Below, in pieces: positions 38,170-52,963 of a DNA stretch of 64,000 nt (its first letter is position 1; each line of letters starts with the position of its first letter). Origin of the DNA: Paraspadella gotoi (taxonomy: Eukaryota; Animalia; Chaetognatha); NCBI GenBank assembly GCA_051294375.1, contig CM119266.1, positions 22,854,638 to 22,918,637 on the forward strand, written 5' to 3'. A program made the position numbers and the translations under genes. A model generated the notes under the pieces. The model was not told the origin of the DNA. It was given only the letters and a program-made list of their open reading frames with translations, and did not search any database.

Positions 38170-40201
38170 CTGCGCAGGGGGGGAGCAAAAAGGGAGGGAA
38201 TAAGGAAAAATTTGGATAAGTTGTCGTTTTATAAACTGCAAGAATTATTTGAACAAATCAATACAATTTTTGACAAATAAAATATCGAAAATATTTGAGA
38301 TAATTTAATTTTAAACAATTTACGTGGAATTTTGAAGCAAAATTGAGAAAAATGACAGCTTTTGCTTGGTCGTCGTAATTTTATGCAATACCTTTCATCA
38401 TTCGCTCTTCTCCTCTCTCTCTCTCATCTCTCTCTCTCTCTTCTCTCTCTCTTCTCTCTCTCTTCTCTCATCATCTCATCCTCTTCTTCAAAACGCACGC
38501 TTTCATGGTTCATTACTCCCGTAATGAGCTTAGATGGGATAAAATTTTCCTGTCACTGAACTTCGCTATCAACTTCGGGATTTTCCGATGCGTGGAAACT
38601 TGGTGTCACCAGGAGAAACCTGCGCTTGTTGTTGTCACTGTTGATTTTTATATGAATTCGGGGTCATTCCTTATTTTTACTCCAACAGCTATAGAGGATG
38701 GGGGCGTTTAATTTTCTATCACCTTGGAGCATCGCAGCATTTCTGGATACTGTAACCGTTCCGAACGAAACAATTTAAACAGGGTATGAAGAAAAAAATA
38801 ATTAATTAAAATAAGGTAAGAGAGAGAAAAAAATTAAAGTTGTATAGGATAAATCGTTAGGACGAAAAAAAAGGGGAAATGAATAAAAAGTATTAATTGT
38901 AAAAAGAAAACTCGAAAAGAAAAAAGGAAAAAGAGTTGGTGAATTTAAGGGAAAGAGTGAAGTGAAAAAAGTGAGATGATGAGAGAGAGAGGATCGTGAG
39001 ACGCGAAGAAGTTGCGAGAGAAGACGAATTCGTTCCACTCTGGGAATCATCAATGCCACATCAATCTCTCGGGGGTTTGAAAGCCAAGATTTCACATAAA
39101 AATTGGGGAAAAAAAAGAGAAAGAGAGAGAGAGAGAGAGATAAAGAAAAAGAAGTTGGAAAAAAGTATCTTTCCTTTTTAACTTCATTTCACGAAATCGG
39201 AAGAAAATGCAAAAAAAAAAAAAAAAATGATTGTAGAAAAAAGAAAGAGAGAAAAAGAAGGAGATATAGACTATAGAGACAGAGTTGACTGAACCGAAGA
39301 GGGAAGTGAGAGGGGGACAATTCTTTTCGTTTTCTCCTTCTTTTCAAATGCAGAAACGGTTTCTTTGTGAGAACCGCGGAAATTTGAAAAGGCCACAATT
39401 CGAAAAAAAAAAGAAAAAAAAGGAAAAAAAATTCCGTGGCCTCAAAAAGCGGAAGAGAGAGAAACAAAGAAAAAAAGGCAGCGGAGGAAAGGGGGACGGG
39501 GGGGGGGTTGTGTGAATTCGTCAGCCGTGAATCACTCCGCGACTTTTAAGAATAAAAGAATTAATTTTTAACACATTTGTTAGATATGTATTAAAACTGA
39601 GTCGAAATCAAGTTCATCTTAATTTCAATTATGATTAATATTGAATCTCTGTTTCGTTTCGGTCTCGCGAAGGCGTCACAGTCACGTGAAGTGAAAGAAA
39701 AAGTGTCATTTCGCGCGATAGATTTTTCAAACTGGAGATCGGGTGAGTTTATTTATTCCTCACCTGACTGAGAGAGAGAAACGCAATCTGCCGCGTAAAT
39801 ATATATATATATGAGAAAAAAAAATCGCAAAGCCCGAGATTAAGGTAAAAACGACGATAAATCACCAACGGCTGCCAGAACCAAAAAAAGAAAGAGAAAA
39901 GAGAGAAGGGGAAAAAAAGGAAAGAAAAAAAAAAGAAAGAAAGACGAGGAAAGAAAGAAATATGAAAGAGAGCCAGGAGTCTGTATTACTTATTTGGCAA
40001 CGCCATGGAAAGATGAGGAGAGATAAAGACGAGAGAGAGAGAGAAAGAGGTGGGGTGAGAGAGAAAGAGAGAGAAGAAAGAGTCAGAGAGAGGCAGAGAG
40101 AGATGGAGGGGGGGGGAGAGCGAAGCTAAACGGGTAGAAATGAGTTGATCATCGTCGGTGGCATCACAAATATGAAGAATGTGTGTAAGACAGAACGCGA
40201 G

Positions 40202-40241
<40 letters not shown>

Positions 40242-40496
40242 AATCCAGTGTGAGAGGAAAAGGAGAGTGATAGCGAGACGGTCTAAGAAGTAAATCCCCT
40301 TTCACACTTGGACGCAGAACAACAACAGAACCTTTTTTTTTCATTCGTACGATTTTCTAGGCCACAAGCACGACGGTGAAAAGGAAAAAAAAGGAAAAGA
40401 GGGCGAAAGAAGGGAAAAAATGAAAGGAAAAGAAAAAAAAGGAGTGCCTTGGATTCCTAAAACGAGGTCTGACCGTAAGGCATATGCTTCCTAGGC

Positions 40497-40569
<73 letters not shown>

Positions 40570-42758
40570 GGTTTCTTACAATACAAGAGAGCAGCTCTGA
40601 CCTAGTTGGGCGAAACTCTTTCATGGGGAGACCATTTTTCACCCGCGGGCAGAAGCCTTTCGCGAGCAGCTCGCCCGCCGCCACCGACGTCTACGTCCGG
40701 TCGCACCCACCCACCCTTTTCCGCCCTCCACCTCCGAACACCGAAGATCCTGACAAGCTACCCCGCCAGGCCGCCACCCTGCCACCCCGCTACCGACAAG
40801 CGACATCCTAATTCTCCTTTTCTCTCTTTTTTCTTTACTTTATATCTTCTACCCTGATATTTTTGAACCACCTTCTATTCTCCACCTGTGCTCAGTTCAT
40901 CTTTTCCCACCTTCGGCCTTTTTCTTTGAAAACTGCCTCAACGTTTTTTTTTTCGTTGGAGCGAGGAGTATCGATTTTGCGTAAGTATTTAAAAGAGAAA
41001 AGTCAAATTACTTTATTTATTACGACATATCTTATATTGACATATCCAAGTCGAATCGGTCGTCATAAGAAAAAAAAACTAACCTGATTCCTTTTTATTA
41101 TATTTTTATAGTTTAACCAAATAATTGCTTATTATGAAATAGTTAACCAGTTTAATAATTATCCCTTTGTTCGATAACCTGGACGGGTGACTGACGAACA
41201 CTCTCGCACTTGTTTAAAAAAACGAAGCAAAATTAAGCTGAAAAAAAAAATTGGAAGAGGAAATTTTCAAACGCAATGACGTGACCTGCAAAAGCTCAAA
41301 CTAATTCGCTTAATTGGACGACTCTCCATCTCTCTCTTTCCCTTCAGTTCTCGTTCCTTTCTCCTTTTCCCATTTTCCCANNNNNNNNNNNNNNNNNNNN
41401 NNNNNNNNNNNNNNNNNNNNNNNNNNNNNNNNNNNNNNNNNNNNNNNNNNNNNNNNNNNNNNNNNNNNNNNNNNNNNNNNNNNNNNNNNNNNNNNNNNNN
41501 NNNNNNNNNNNNNNNNNNNNNNNNNNNNNNNNNNNNNNNNNNNNNNNNNNNNNNNNNNNNNNNNNNNNNNNNNNNNNNNNNNNNNNNNNNNNNNNNNNNN
41601 NNNNNNNNNNNNNNNNNNNNNNNNNNNNNNNNNNNNNNNNNNNNNNNNNNNNNNNNNNNNNNNNNNNNNNNNNNNNNNNNNNNNNNNNNNNNNNNNNNNN
41701 NNNNNNNNNNNNNNNNNNNNNNNNNNNNNNNNNNNNNNNNNNNNNNNNNNNNNNNNNNNNNNNNNNNNNNNNNNNNNNNNNNNNNNNNNNNNNNNNNNNN
41801 NNNNNNNNNNNNNNNNNNNNNNNNNNNNNNNNNNNNNNNNNNNNNNNNNNNNNNNNNNNNNNNNNNNNNNNNNNNNNNNNNNNNNNNNNNNNNNNNNNNN
41901 NNNNNNNNNNNNNNNNNNNNNNNNNNNNNNNNNNNNNNNNNNNNNNNNNNNNNNNNNNNNNNNNNNNNNNNNNNNNNNNNNNNNNNNNNNNNNNNNNNNN
42001 NNNNNNNNNNNNNNNNNNNNNNNNNNNNNNNNNNNNNNNNNNNNNNNNNNNNNNNNNNNNNNNNNNNNNNNNNNNNNNNNNNNNNNNNNNNNNNNNNNNN
42101 NNNNNNNNNNNNNNNNNNNNNNNNNNNNNNNNNNNNNNNNNNNNNNNNNNNNNNNNNNNNNNNNNNNNNNNNNNNNNNNNNNNNNNNNNNNNNNNNNNNN
42201 NNNNNNNNNNNNNNNNNNNNNNNNNNNNNNNNNNNNNNNNNNNNNNNNNNNNNNNNNNNNNNNNNNNNNNNNNNCGAAACTAAAGATAGAAAGGGAAGAA
42301 TGAAAATGATGTTCTCATCAAATTGGCAATTCCTCCTCTTCATAACTCATCGTCTCGTTTGCCGAGAGCCGAAAAAAAATGATGAGGGGGGAAAAGTGAG
42401 GGAGTGAATAGAAGAGGTGAGATAGGATAAAAGATCGAAGCAGGTCAGAGAGAGATGGGTAGGATAGAGTCAGGAGGATAGAGTTAGGATAGAGTTAGGA
42501 GGAGAGAATTAAGATGAAATGAAAGGGGAATCGGACAATTCTGGGTGATGTGAGGAAGCGATGGCTGATGATTAAGGCTGAAAAAAAAAGAGGCCAAAAA
42601 AATAGAAAGAAAAAAAAAAGAAAGAGAATCCGTTTCTGTTTTACATCCTCCGCTATTTTCGTCTTGATCTCATTTGCATATCATAGTCCGTCTCTCTATC
42701 TCTCTCTTTCTCGTTCGATCCCATTACCATCTCCTAACGCCCCTGAGAATCGCTGTCT

Positions 42759-42893
<135 letters not shown>

Positions 42894-43775
42894 GCCGCGG
42901 GTTTCGCAACGCGTTCTCTCGTCTCGGAGGTGATATGATATGCGCGTGCAGGCGAGGGGCGATCGAAGGGTTTAAATGGGAGGTGGGAGTGAGAAGAGAA
43001 GAAGGGGTGGAGGATAAAGGGAGTAGAAAGAAGTGGGGGGGAGGAAAAGAACATGGGTTGGGGAGAAAAGGATGTGAGGGTTCTAGTGATAAGTTCTTTG
43101 TATCAAGGGTGAGTAATGGCGAGTAACTTTTTACCAAAAAAATAAAAAGTTTTGTAAGTTGTAGTCGATTTTGTTTTTAGAAATCGAAATTTCACAAAAT
43201 GTGGCCAATTCTCAATATGTTTTTAAACTAACTTCTTTATTAAGTAATTCAGGAGAAAGGTTCACAATTTCCTAGAAATATTTGCTCCAATTTTTTTTTA
43301 AACTTAACAAAATCTCATCCCAGTCTAAGCTTTGCCCCGTTTCAAATCGCTCCCCGCTCAAAATCCCTAACCAACGAGATTCTTTTCTCCTTTTTTTTTC
43401 GAGCCGGTGGGCGTCGACGGGCGACAGGCGCACAAAGACTCGCGACTGCGCACGTGACTGCAACTAATGCGCGCGGGTGTGCGCATGCGCGAGTCTGCGT
43501 GCAAATTCACACGAGCATTTCATTTTTTTTTCACTCTTTTTCTCTCTCTATCTTCGACAAGTAAGTTGAACGAGTGATAGAGAGGGAAGATTGGGATAGC
43601 GGGAGAAATAGAGAGCGAGAGGAAAAAAGAGATGAGAAAGGAAGAAGATATCGTATTTGATATTGGGGGGGGGGAGAAGGGAATATTGACAAAGCGAGAG
43701 ATGGCGAATATAAGGGGGAAAACCAAGAGAGAGAAAGAAATAAATAAAAAAAGAAAAGATGAAAAAAAGATAAAT

Positions 43776-43777
<2 letters not shown>

Positions 43778-43871
<94 letters not shown>

Positions 43872-43872
43872 A
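43778..43872. repeat. (GAAA)n tetranucleotide microsatellite
   Basis: Direct reading. A complementary (TTTC)n run lies at ~46972-47056. Confidence 0.95.
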
Positions 43873-44187
43873 AAAAGAAAGGCGTGAGAGACAGAGAGCT
43901 TCTTCTTTCCCGTCTACGGGGATTTTTCGGTTCTCTCTCTTCGAATGTTCTTCATCCTCAAGGCTGTTGTGAGTATTTCTTGGTTTCTAATGAGTCTTGG
44001 ATGATTGATGGTTCTCGCTTTTTATTCTTTTTTTTTACTTGAAGCTTAAAAGGGAAAAAAAAGAGACTAAAACGAGGAAAATATGTTCAAGACTATATCT
44101 TCAATGGCTGAAATATCATCTATTTAATAATGAACAACGGTTTTTTAATAATTGGTGCTATTGTCGATAATATTGCTGGAGAGTTTT

Positions 44188-44271
<84 letters not shown>

Positions 44272-44955
44272 CGGTGTGATTTATGTCTTCCACTCAGAGG
44301 AACTCATTTAACATCAGGAGCGCTGATTCGAGAACCGAGATTTTTAAAAATGGTCTCTCGATTCATCAGCTGACTGACGATCATTATTATTATTACGTCG
44401 GAGGAAATCGAAATGTTTTTTCTCTTTAAATATTGTAATCTGTCATGACGCTAATCAGATGATAACAATTATGCGCTGATAATTTGAATCGCTTTTTTTT
44501 TATATCGCCGACCAGGTTGTAGTTAATCTTTTAAGCTTTTTTGTCCCGACCTCCAACGCATGGCCAAAAAAAAAAAATAACGTTTAAAATTTGTATTTAA
44601 AGAGAAAGCTAATCGTTAATCCCCTTTCGCGATGTACTTAAGGCTGCTCTAAAGGGATCATCTCACTTTCCTCCTTCTCTCCATCTCTCTTTCCTTTTTT
44701 TTTCTCCTCTCGCTTCGAGTCTTCTTGGCTTCGAGGCCTCACATTTATGCGCAGTGTGTATCTTGAAGACTAATTCCTTCCAACCAGACAGGTTTTCTTT
44801 TTTTCCCCCTTTTTTTCCTTTTTTTTCCTCCTTTTTTTTATCAGAGCCATCCACGTCCTTCGTCCGTCCCATATTCGCCTAATGAAAGCTTCGCCATAGA
44901 CGTTTTCTTTCTTTCTTCCATCCTTCCTTCAGCGGGGCGTCTGCTCGCTCTCTCG

Positions 44956-45069
<114 letters not shown>

Positions 45070-46962
45070 TGCACCATTTCAAGGTTCCCTCTCTCCCTCT
45101 AATGGACGCATGCACGGATCATTTCAGCATCAGCTGATGGCGATAATGATGACAAGTCGGGCCCAGCCGCCGTTTGGGACGATTTTCATGAGACCCGCCG
45201 ACTTTCCTCGTTCTCTCCTTACGACGGGACCGGGACGACCTTACCCGGGGAAGCCGGCGAAAAACAAACCCACGTGGGTAAGGAATTATTTTGGACCGTA
45301 GGAAACGCCGTTGAAAAATGTGGGAAAAACAGATTGAAAATGTCAATTGGTTGTGGGACATTTAATATTAATCGCGGTAACTTCGATAAAACGTAAGAAA
45401 CAGGCCGATAACAAATAATTACTGTAAGATCAAAGAGTTAAAATATTTAATAAGAAATCTCACATTTTTTTCTGTTTGAGTCGAAGTGAAATATTTCACC
45501 CAAAAATTCACGCTGAATCAAAATGAGAAAAAAAAAACGCCGCGACGCAAAAATGAAAGCAACGACCTTTTGGAAGAAACAGAGAAAAAAAAGGACGAGG
45601 TGCCAGCGAACCCAAGGCCGAGGTCGAAGAGCCCAACGAAACTGAACTCAATTTAAACAAAAAACGAGGCACAAAATTAAACAGAAAACCGTTTCTGTAT
45701 TTTTCATGGGCTGATATAAAAAAAAAAAGAAAGAAAGAAAAAATAAATTGGGGTCCCGTGGGTAGTTTTTTATTCCGAAATTCTTGGCTAAGATTTTTGT
45801 GAAATTTTCGCCCTCGAGCTGTTATGACGAAATTTGCATCAAATTCGAGGATGAAAAATTTCTCTTCGCCCCATTTCTTCATCATGGCTCCTCGCTTCCC
45901 TTACCCTATTTTCCTTACCCGCCTACTTACCCCTCTTCCCGCTACCCACTGCCGGACTCGCTTCGCTGAAAGGATTCCAAAATCTGCCTGTTTCGAAAAG
46001 CAAACGCCTGATTCTTATACGGCCTAAGTTTTTTTCAGAAAGCATCATCATCTTTACTTATTTTTGTTATGATATCTATTGTTGTTGCTAAGTTGCTCCC
46101 AATTGTATTTATTTTAGCAGCGACGTATTTTAGTTAAGTCCACTTATTTGATCTGATTTATCTTCACGTCTTTCATCACTTGATTCCTTTCATACCGAAT
46201 TTTCAATTTCCGCCTGATTCCATTCGATTCTCTCAGCGCCTGATTTCGATGCCATCAGGCTGCCCCATTCCACCTGACTCTTTGCCGCGGGAGTCAATCA
46301 ACCCGCATCCGTCTTAATCAACGTCGCAAAAATGAGAGAAAATTCCCGCAGATTCTTTTCCATTCACCGGAGACGNNNNNNNNNNNNNNNNNNNNNNNNN
46401 NNNNNNNNNNNNNNNNNNNNNNNNNNNNNNNNNNNNNNNNNNNNNNNNNNNNNNNNNNNNNNNNNNNNNNNNNNNNNNNNNNNNNNNNNNNNNNNNNNNN
46501 NNNNNNNNNNNNNNNNNNNNNNNNNNNNNNNNNNNNNNNNNNNNNNNNNNNNNNNNNNNNNNNNNNNNNNNNNNNNNNNNNNNNNNNNNNNNNNTCACGG
46601 CTCTAGGAGAAAAAATAGAGCCATCTTGACTGAGAAAAGAAAAGTGTGAAGAAAAAAGTTTTGGTGAAGAAGATTCGCGGGCAAATTGGCCTCCCTTCTC
46701 CCTTCGCGACCGGCGGATGACAGAGTGTTTACAAATTAAGTTATAAATTCGTCTAATGTGCCACCCTCAATGAAAAAAAAGACTCTCTCTCTCTGTCTCT
46801 CTCTCTCTCTCTCTTTCTCTTTTCTTTTGCAAGCCTTTTAGGTTAACAATTTATCAAAATCTTGGCCCCTCATCAAACTAAACTCTTCAGTCTCCGTGAA
46901 TCTTATGATATTTTTTTTCGATTTTGTCTTTAACTGCTTGGCGGAAAAAAGTACTCACTCTT

Positions 46963-47054
<92 letters not shown>

Positions 47055-48821
47055 TCACTCACTCTTTTTTTCCTTAGAGAAACAAAAAAAATAATAATGC
47101 CCAGCTGAAGTTCGTTCGACATTAATTAATCATCTTCCTCTTCTTTTTTTTCCCGTTGTTCCTCGACGGAAAAAAAAATGAGACAATCGCTTCTTTTCTC
47201 TCTGTCTCTCTCTCTATGTCTTTGTCTCTCTCTCTCTCTCAAATTTCTTTCCAAAAGCGTAAAAAAAAGTGACGAAATTCCCCGGGGAAAAGAAGTAATT
47301 AATATCCTGTACTTTTTTTTCTCTTTTCCCCCATTCTCCGATTCTCCCCTCGATTTTTTCATCATCATAACCAAACGTCAAAGAAAACTAGCCAGTGACG
47401 AATACCAGTATTCTCTCTCNNNNNNNNNNNNNNNNNNNNNNNNNNNNNNNNNNNNNNNNNNNNNNNNNNNNNNNNNNNNNNNNNNNNNNNNNNNNNNNNN
47501 NNNNNNNNNNNNNNNNNNNNNNNNNNNNNNNNNNNNNNNNNNNNNNNNNNNNNNNNNNNNNNNNNNNNNNNNNNNNNNNNNNNNNNNNNNNNNNNNNNNN
47601 NNNNNNNNNNNNNNNNNNNNNNNNNNNNNNNNNNNNNNNNNNNNNNNNNNNNNNNNNNNNNNNNNNNNNNNNNNNAGAGAGAGAGAGAGAGAGAGCGTGC
47701 TCAGAGGGGAAAATGCGTTCTGAACTAGATCGGTGTCGGTGTAACACGCAGAAGTAAAACAAAATATGAAAAAANNNNNNNNNNNNNNNNNNNNNNNNNN
47801 NNNNNNNNNNNNNNNNNNNNNNNNNNNNNNNNNNNNNNNNNNNNNNNNNNNNNNNNNNNNNNNNNNNNNNNNNNNNNNNNNNNNNNNNNNNNNNNNNNNN
47901 NNNNNNNNNNNNNNNNNNNNNNNNNNNNNNNNNNNNNNNNNNNNNNNNNNNNNNNNNNNNNNNNNNNNNNNNNNNNNNNNNNNNNNNNNNNNNNNNNNNN
48001 NNNNNNNNNNNNNNNNNNNNNNNNNNNNNNNNNNNNNNNNNNNNNNNNNNNNNNNNNNTTTAATCAATAACCGAAACTTTGGTAATAAGACGATTCCTCA
48101 GCAGTATTTTTTCGTTTTTTAGAGAATTGATATTCTTTTTTTTTCTGTTTATTTTTTATCATTTTATGGTAAATTTGCATCAAAAATAAAAAATAAAAAT
48201 ATTTTGTAATAAATTTGTCTCTCTCACTTTTGGTAGTGGAACACACACAAAAAAAATTTTTTAAAAAATGTTCGAGAAAAAAAATTATGTCGAAAAAAAA
48301 ATCGGGGTTCAACTCGGGACCACCATCGACCAGACCCTTAATTCGGTTATGTGTTCCCCCACTTTTTCCAAAGTCCTGGCCATCGAGATTTCCAGTAGTG
48401 TGTCAACTTTTTGGCTTCGAGTGTACGTGTGTGCGTCTGCATGTTAATTTCTTGCGTGCGAGCGTGTTATCGGTTGCCCTTTTCGACGTTGGAGACCCAC
48501 GACGACGACAGAGAAGACGACGAGAACGACGAACCACCCACCGACACGATAACCAGAAAGAAAAATATAAAAACGCGCACGTAAGACACACACACGCACA
48601 TACAGAGGAGTCTGGTCGCACGCAGAACCTTTTCGACACTCGGGAGATTTCGAGAAAACGGATATACAGACGTAGATATTGAGAGGAAGAAAGTCTCCTG
48701 ATTTATAATCCTCATTAAGGGGAGGGGCTTTGCATGCCCTTAATTGTCGAATCATTACTTTAAACAAGACGTCGAAGCTTCGATATGATTGATCATTTCG
48801 GGATCGCTTTCGAGAGCCTCG

Positions 48822-48884
<63 letters not shown>

Positions 48885-49390
48885 CTAGATTTTTTTGTTT
48901 CGCAATGTCTGCTACAGGATATTCTGGGTTTATATTTCATGTAATTAAATTCACAAATTACAATCAGAAGATGAATATAAAAAAAAACATATTTTATTAC
49001 CCAAAAAAAGCACATTAATACCGTAATACTAGTCAAGATTTTTATGATTTCAATCAAGCGACGAATATAAAAGAATCGGACAAAGAGAAAAAAAAAGAAC
49101 AAAACTAAAAAAATAAGGAATGGTTGGGAAATCGGAAATAGAGAGAAAAAGCGAGCGAACGAGAGTGAGACGGAGAGAAAAAGATAGAGAAGGAGTGAGA
49201 GAGAGAGATAGAGAGAGAGAAGAGCGTCGTAGCCGCGTCTCTCGTTCCCTTTGACTCTCTTTTGTTTTAACAACTGAAGACTAAAGTCATTAATCATCTA
49301 ATATCTGACTGGTTTTGTTCGTCTCGGGTTCGGGCCATAGGTTCGGGGCTGCGCGGCCGAGACCGAGAGGGGAGCGAGTAGGGAGAGAGT

Positions 49391-49427
<37 letters not shown>

Positions 49428-50960
49428 CTCGGGAAAATATGGAAAATTATGTAAATCGCGTTTGGGATTTTTGCTAGTTGTATAATTAGCAGTTGAACAA
49501 GCTGATTAGGGGGCGAATCGGGGAAATTCCTCTGTTCAAAAGTGGATTTTTTGTTTTTTAAATTTTTTTTTTTGTCGACCGTACGTAAAACGACAGCCTT
49601 GATAATTACTTGTTTGTTAATTTACAGTGCTATGTAAAAGCTAAAATAAAAGTTAGTAAAAACCACTTACCTTTAGATTAAAACGTTAAGTTAAGCTAAT
49701 GTCTCAGAAAAAATCAAATCCTGAACCCCTGATCGCTCACCGCACACATAAAATACACTTACAGACTTACACGAACTCACGAACAAAAGAAATTTAACAA
49801 AAAAGAAAATAAAAGAAAACAGAAATCGAGAGAAGAAAAGGAAAAAGTTTTCCCTGCTAATGAAATAAAGTGACACCCTTGTTGGAGCGATTCCGAGTAG
49901 AAATGTGGATTTTCCGAATTAAGAAAATGTCAAAAAACGGTTGGAATGAGGAGGAAAACATTGGCTTCCTCTCGGAAGACCAAAAAGAAAAAAAAGAAAA
50001 AGAAAAAAAAAATAATTCCCAAAACTTCTAGGTTTAAAAAAAAATCTTTAAAAAAAAATCTTTAACAAGTTAAAATTTAGGAATAAATTTGTAACTTTTT
50101 AAATCCGAGGAAAACCGTTTTAAAAGCACTCGATTCGTACAAACAGCGAACAAAGTGAATTTTTACTTTATCACGAAAGAGAGAGAGAGAGAGAGAGAGA
50201 GAGNNNNNNNNNNNNNNNNNNNNNNNNNNNNNNNNNNNNNNNNNNNNNNNNNNNNNNNNNNNNNNNNNNNNNNNNNNNNNNNNNNNNNNNNNNNNNNNNN
50301 NNNNNNNNNNNNNNNNNNNNNNNNNNNNNNNNNNNNNNNNNNNNNNNNNNNNNNNNNNNNNNNNNNNNNNNNNNNNNNNNNNNNNNNNNNNNNNNNNNNN
50401 NNNNNNNNNNNNNNNNNNNNNNNACTTGGATGTAAGAAAGTTAGAAGAAAGAATCTTTCAAATGAAATGAAATACGTGATTTATTTTAACGGAATGAAGA
50501 ATGAGAATGAGAATAGTTATTATTTAAAGCAATTTGTCATTATAAAAATATTATATAAATTACTGAAGTTAGTCTTCAATCGTTCTTTTTAAAATTTCAT
50601 CAACTTCGATAAAAAGTATATTTTTAGTTTTTAAATGGAATTTCAGATATTTTTTTTTTTCAAATTTCTAAAATCCTATTCCGTTATTTTAGGTATTTGG
50701 AAAATTCGTCACTTGTCCTTTCCTAAGTACCATGTTACTTATTGGCAAAAATACGAATATGTATCCTTTTTTTTAGAAAAAGCTCATTAATCACAATTTT
50801 TGAAACAATTTAAAATACCAAAGTCGCCTGTAAATGTGATAGGCTTTTGACTTCTGGCTCTGAAGAGAAGAAGCAATTAAGAAAATTAGGAATCTTAATT
50901 CTAAGTCATGCTCACAAGCTGCACATGCTCTCTCTCTCAATCTCTCCTCTTCTCTCTCTC

Positions 50961-50993
<33 letters not shown>

Positions 50994-52893
50994 TTCTCAT
51001 CCTTCCTGCTCTCTCTCTGCCTCGCCCAGTCCTTTCCTCCCCCAATCCCTCGACCTCGGGAATCTTGACAGGAAATGACGGATCGGTCTGATTGGTCAGT
51101 TCCCGTCGACGCTGGATCACCCAACTGGTGAGACTTGTCAATCCGAGAATCGAACGTCTCCGAAGTTTTCCGTGACTTCGTCGTCGCTGTCGTCGACGTC
51201 GCCGCCCCCTCCATCGACCCCGTCAATCAAAAAATGACGTCGACGACGACGACGACGACGACGACCCCATCGAAAATTGACCGTCGATTACGAAATCCGT
51301 CAAACTGATCATTCCCTGCTATGGGGAAATCGGTGGTGAATCGATGGGGCTGACAAGAGGGACGGGAGGAAAATGTCCCGGCGACGATTCTATGTGAAGC
51401 GATTATGGGAATTTAATGGCGTCTTAATTGTGGCCTCCACGCGAAAGCGCCGCGGGGAGAGGGAAAAAACGAACTGGGGTGGGGGGATTTCATTTGTTTT
51501 GTTTTTTTTGATGATCGTTGAGGAGCGTAGAGAAAAACTAGAGGAGACTATAGTCATTATTCAATCAACTAGGACTAATTTTAAGTAAATTCTTATTTTA
51601 GGATCGTAAGAATTTGAAGAAGTGACGACGTCGAAGTCAGTTTTAAATTTTCAATCAATGAACCAATCGATGGAAAGCAAAGATCGATCGATCAAAGTCT
51701 CGCGATTCCATCTCCCAACTCAGTCATCAGCTCCACACGATCGCGTTAGACCGCGCATCCCCGCCGGCGAGCACGCGAGCGGAAGACAGAGAAGCTTCGT
51801 CCAACGAGAGGGATTTTTGGTGCGAGACTTACATTAAATTTGTTTAATTACTATTTGAAATCTTATGGTGATCGATTTTGAGGAAACCGTTCGGAAGAAT
51901 GGGCACTGGCAAGCTAAGTTCGTTATATTTTTCTGTTCACGAGATTTAGGGTTATTTATTTACAAATGCAATTGCAGAATTAAACTCCGATTCATTATGT
52001 TCTGGACAACGCTGTTAAAAAAAAAATAATCAAACAATACAATTTGAAAACCGAGCGAATTCTAGTCCAAAGAGGGAAATTTTTTTCCCATTTTCTCAAT
52101 ATTTTTTAGTATTTTTTTCCTCCTCTTCCCCCCCCCTTTAATTCCGGGAGGAAGGACCTCATCTCGTGAAAGGAAGAGGGAAGGAGAATTTCCGAGGACA
52201 ACAAAAACTGAGTGACGTTGAAAAATGATTCGTCATCTTTGGTGGAAAAGAAGGCGTTTGATGGCGCTGACCTCCCGGTGTGGCGGAATAGGAAGAGGAA
52301 AGTGGACGCAGTTGTGGGGAGAGAGCGAGAGTGAATCAAAGAATGAGTGCAAGTGACTTTAGTCGGTATAATAAAAGCTAAACTTTATAATTTATCATGT
52401 AAAGCAACAAGAAGAATTTTTGCTCCGCTCAGGATTTAACCTTTTTAAGTTTTTAAACTTAATCCAGAAAACAAAGAAACATTTAAAAAATCTTTGATAT
52501 TAAATTTTTGGTCTTAAATATATTTTTTTAGACTGTATCGTTCCGGCAATATTAGGTTTTAGAAATAAATTAGATTTTCTCAAAAAGTTACGAATCATAT
52601 ACTTGTACAACGTGGAGCCAATGAAAAGTTTAATACATTAAGTAAACGGCTGCCTGTCCGGACAACCTTCTCAAGTCTTTTTCCAAGTTCCAACTAATTT
52701 AGTTTTATATTCAAAGTCTAGGATTCGACGAAATTACGTCTAATGATGAATTAAGGATCACGTCGCTGATCCCCTGGCTTCCCAATACCCACCGAAAGGA
52801 AATGAAATTCAAATCAATTACGTTTTTTCCCTCGAAATAAAAAACGGCGCGCGGCAGAGGAGACGAGTAGAAGAAAGAAGATGAGAGAGATAG

Positions 52894-52963
<70 letters not shown>

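Noticed and set aside
37763-38203. Plus-strand ORFs antisense to the homeobox exon and to exon 1
   Set aside because: These are shadow ORFs of GC-rich coding sequence.
38747-38787. Intronic hairpin starting with the miR-10 seed TACCCTGT
   Set aside because: Only ~41 nt with bulges and a 3' arm too short for a pre-miRNA. The rest of the sequence does not match the miR-10 family.
40606-40857. Pro-rich small ORFs in a GC-rich intronic island
   Set aside because: No domain, splice support or recognisable homology; the composition alone explains the ORFs.
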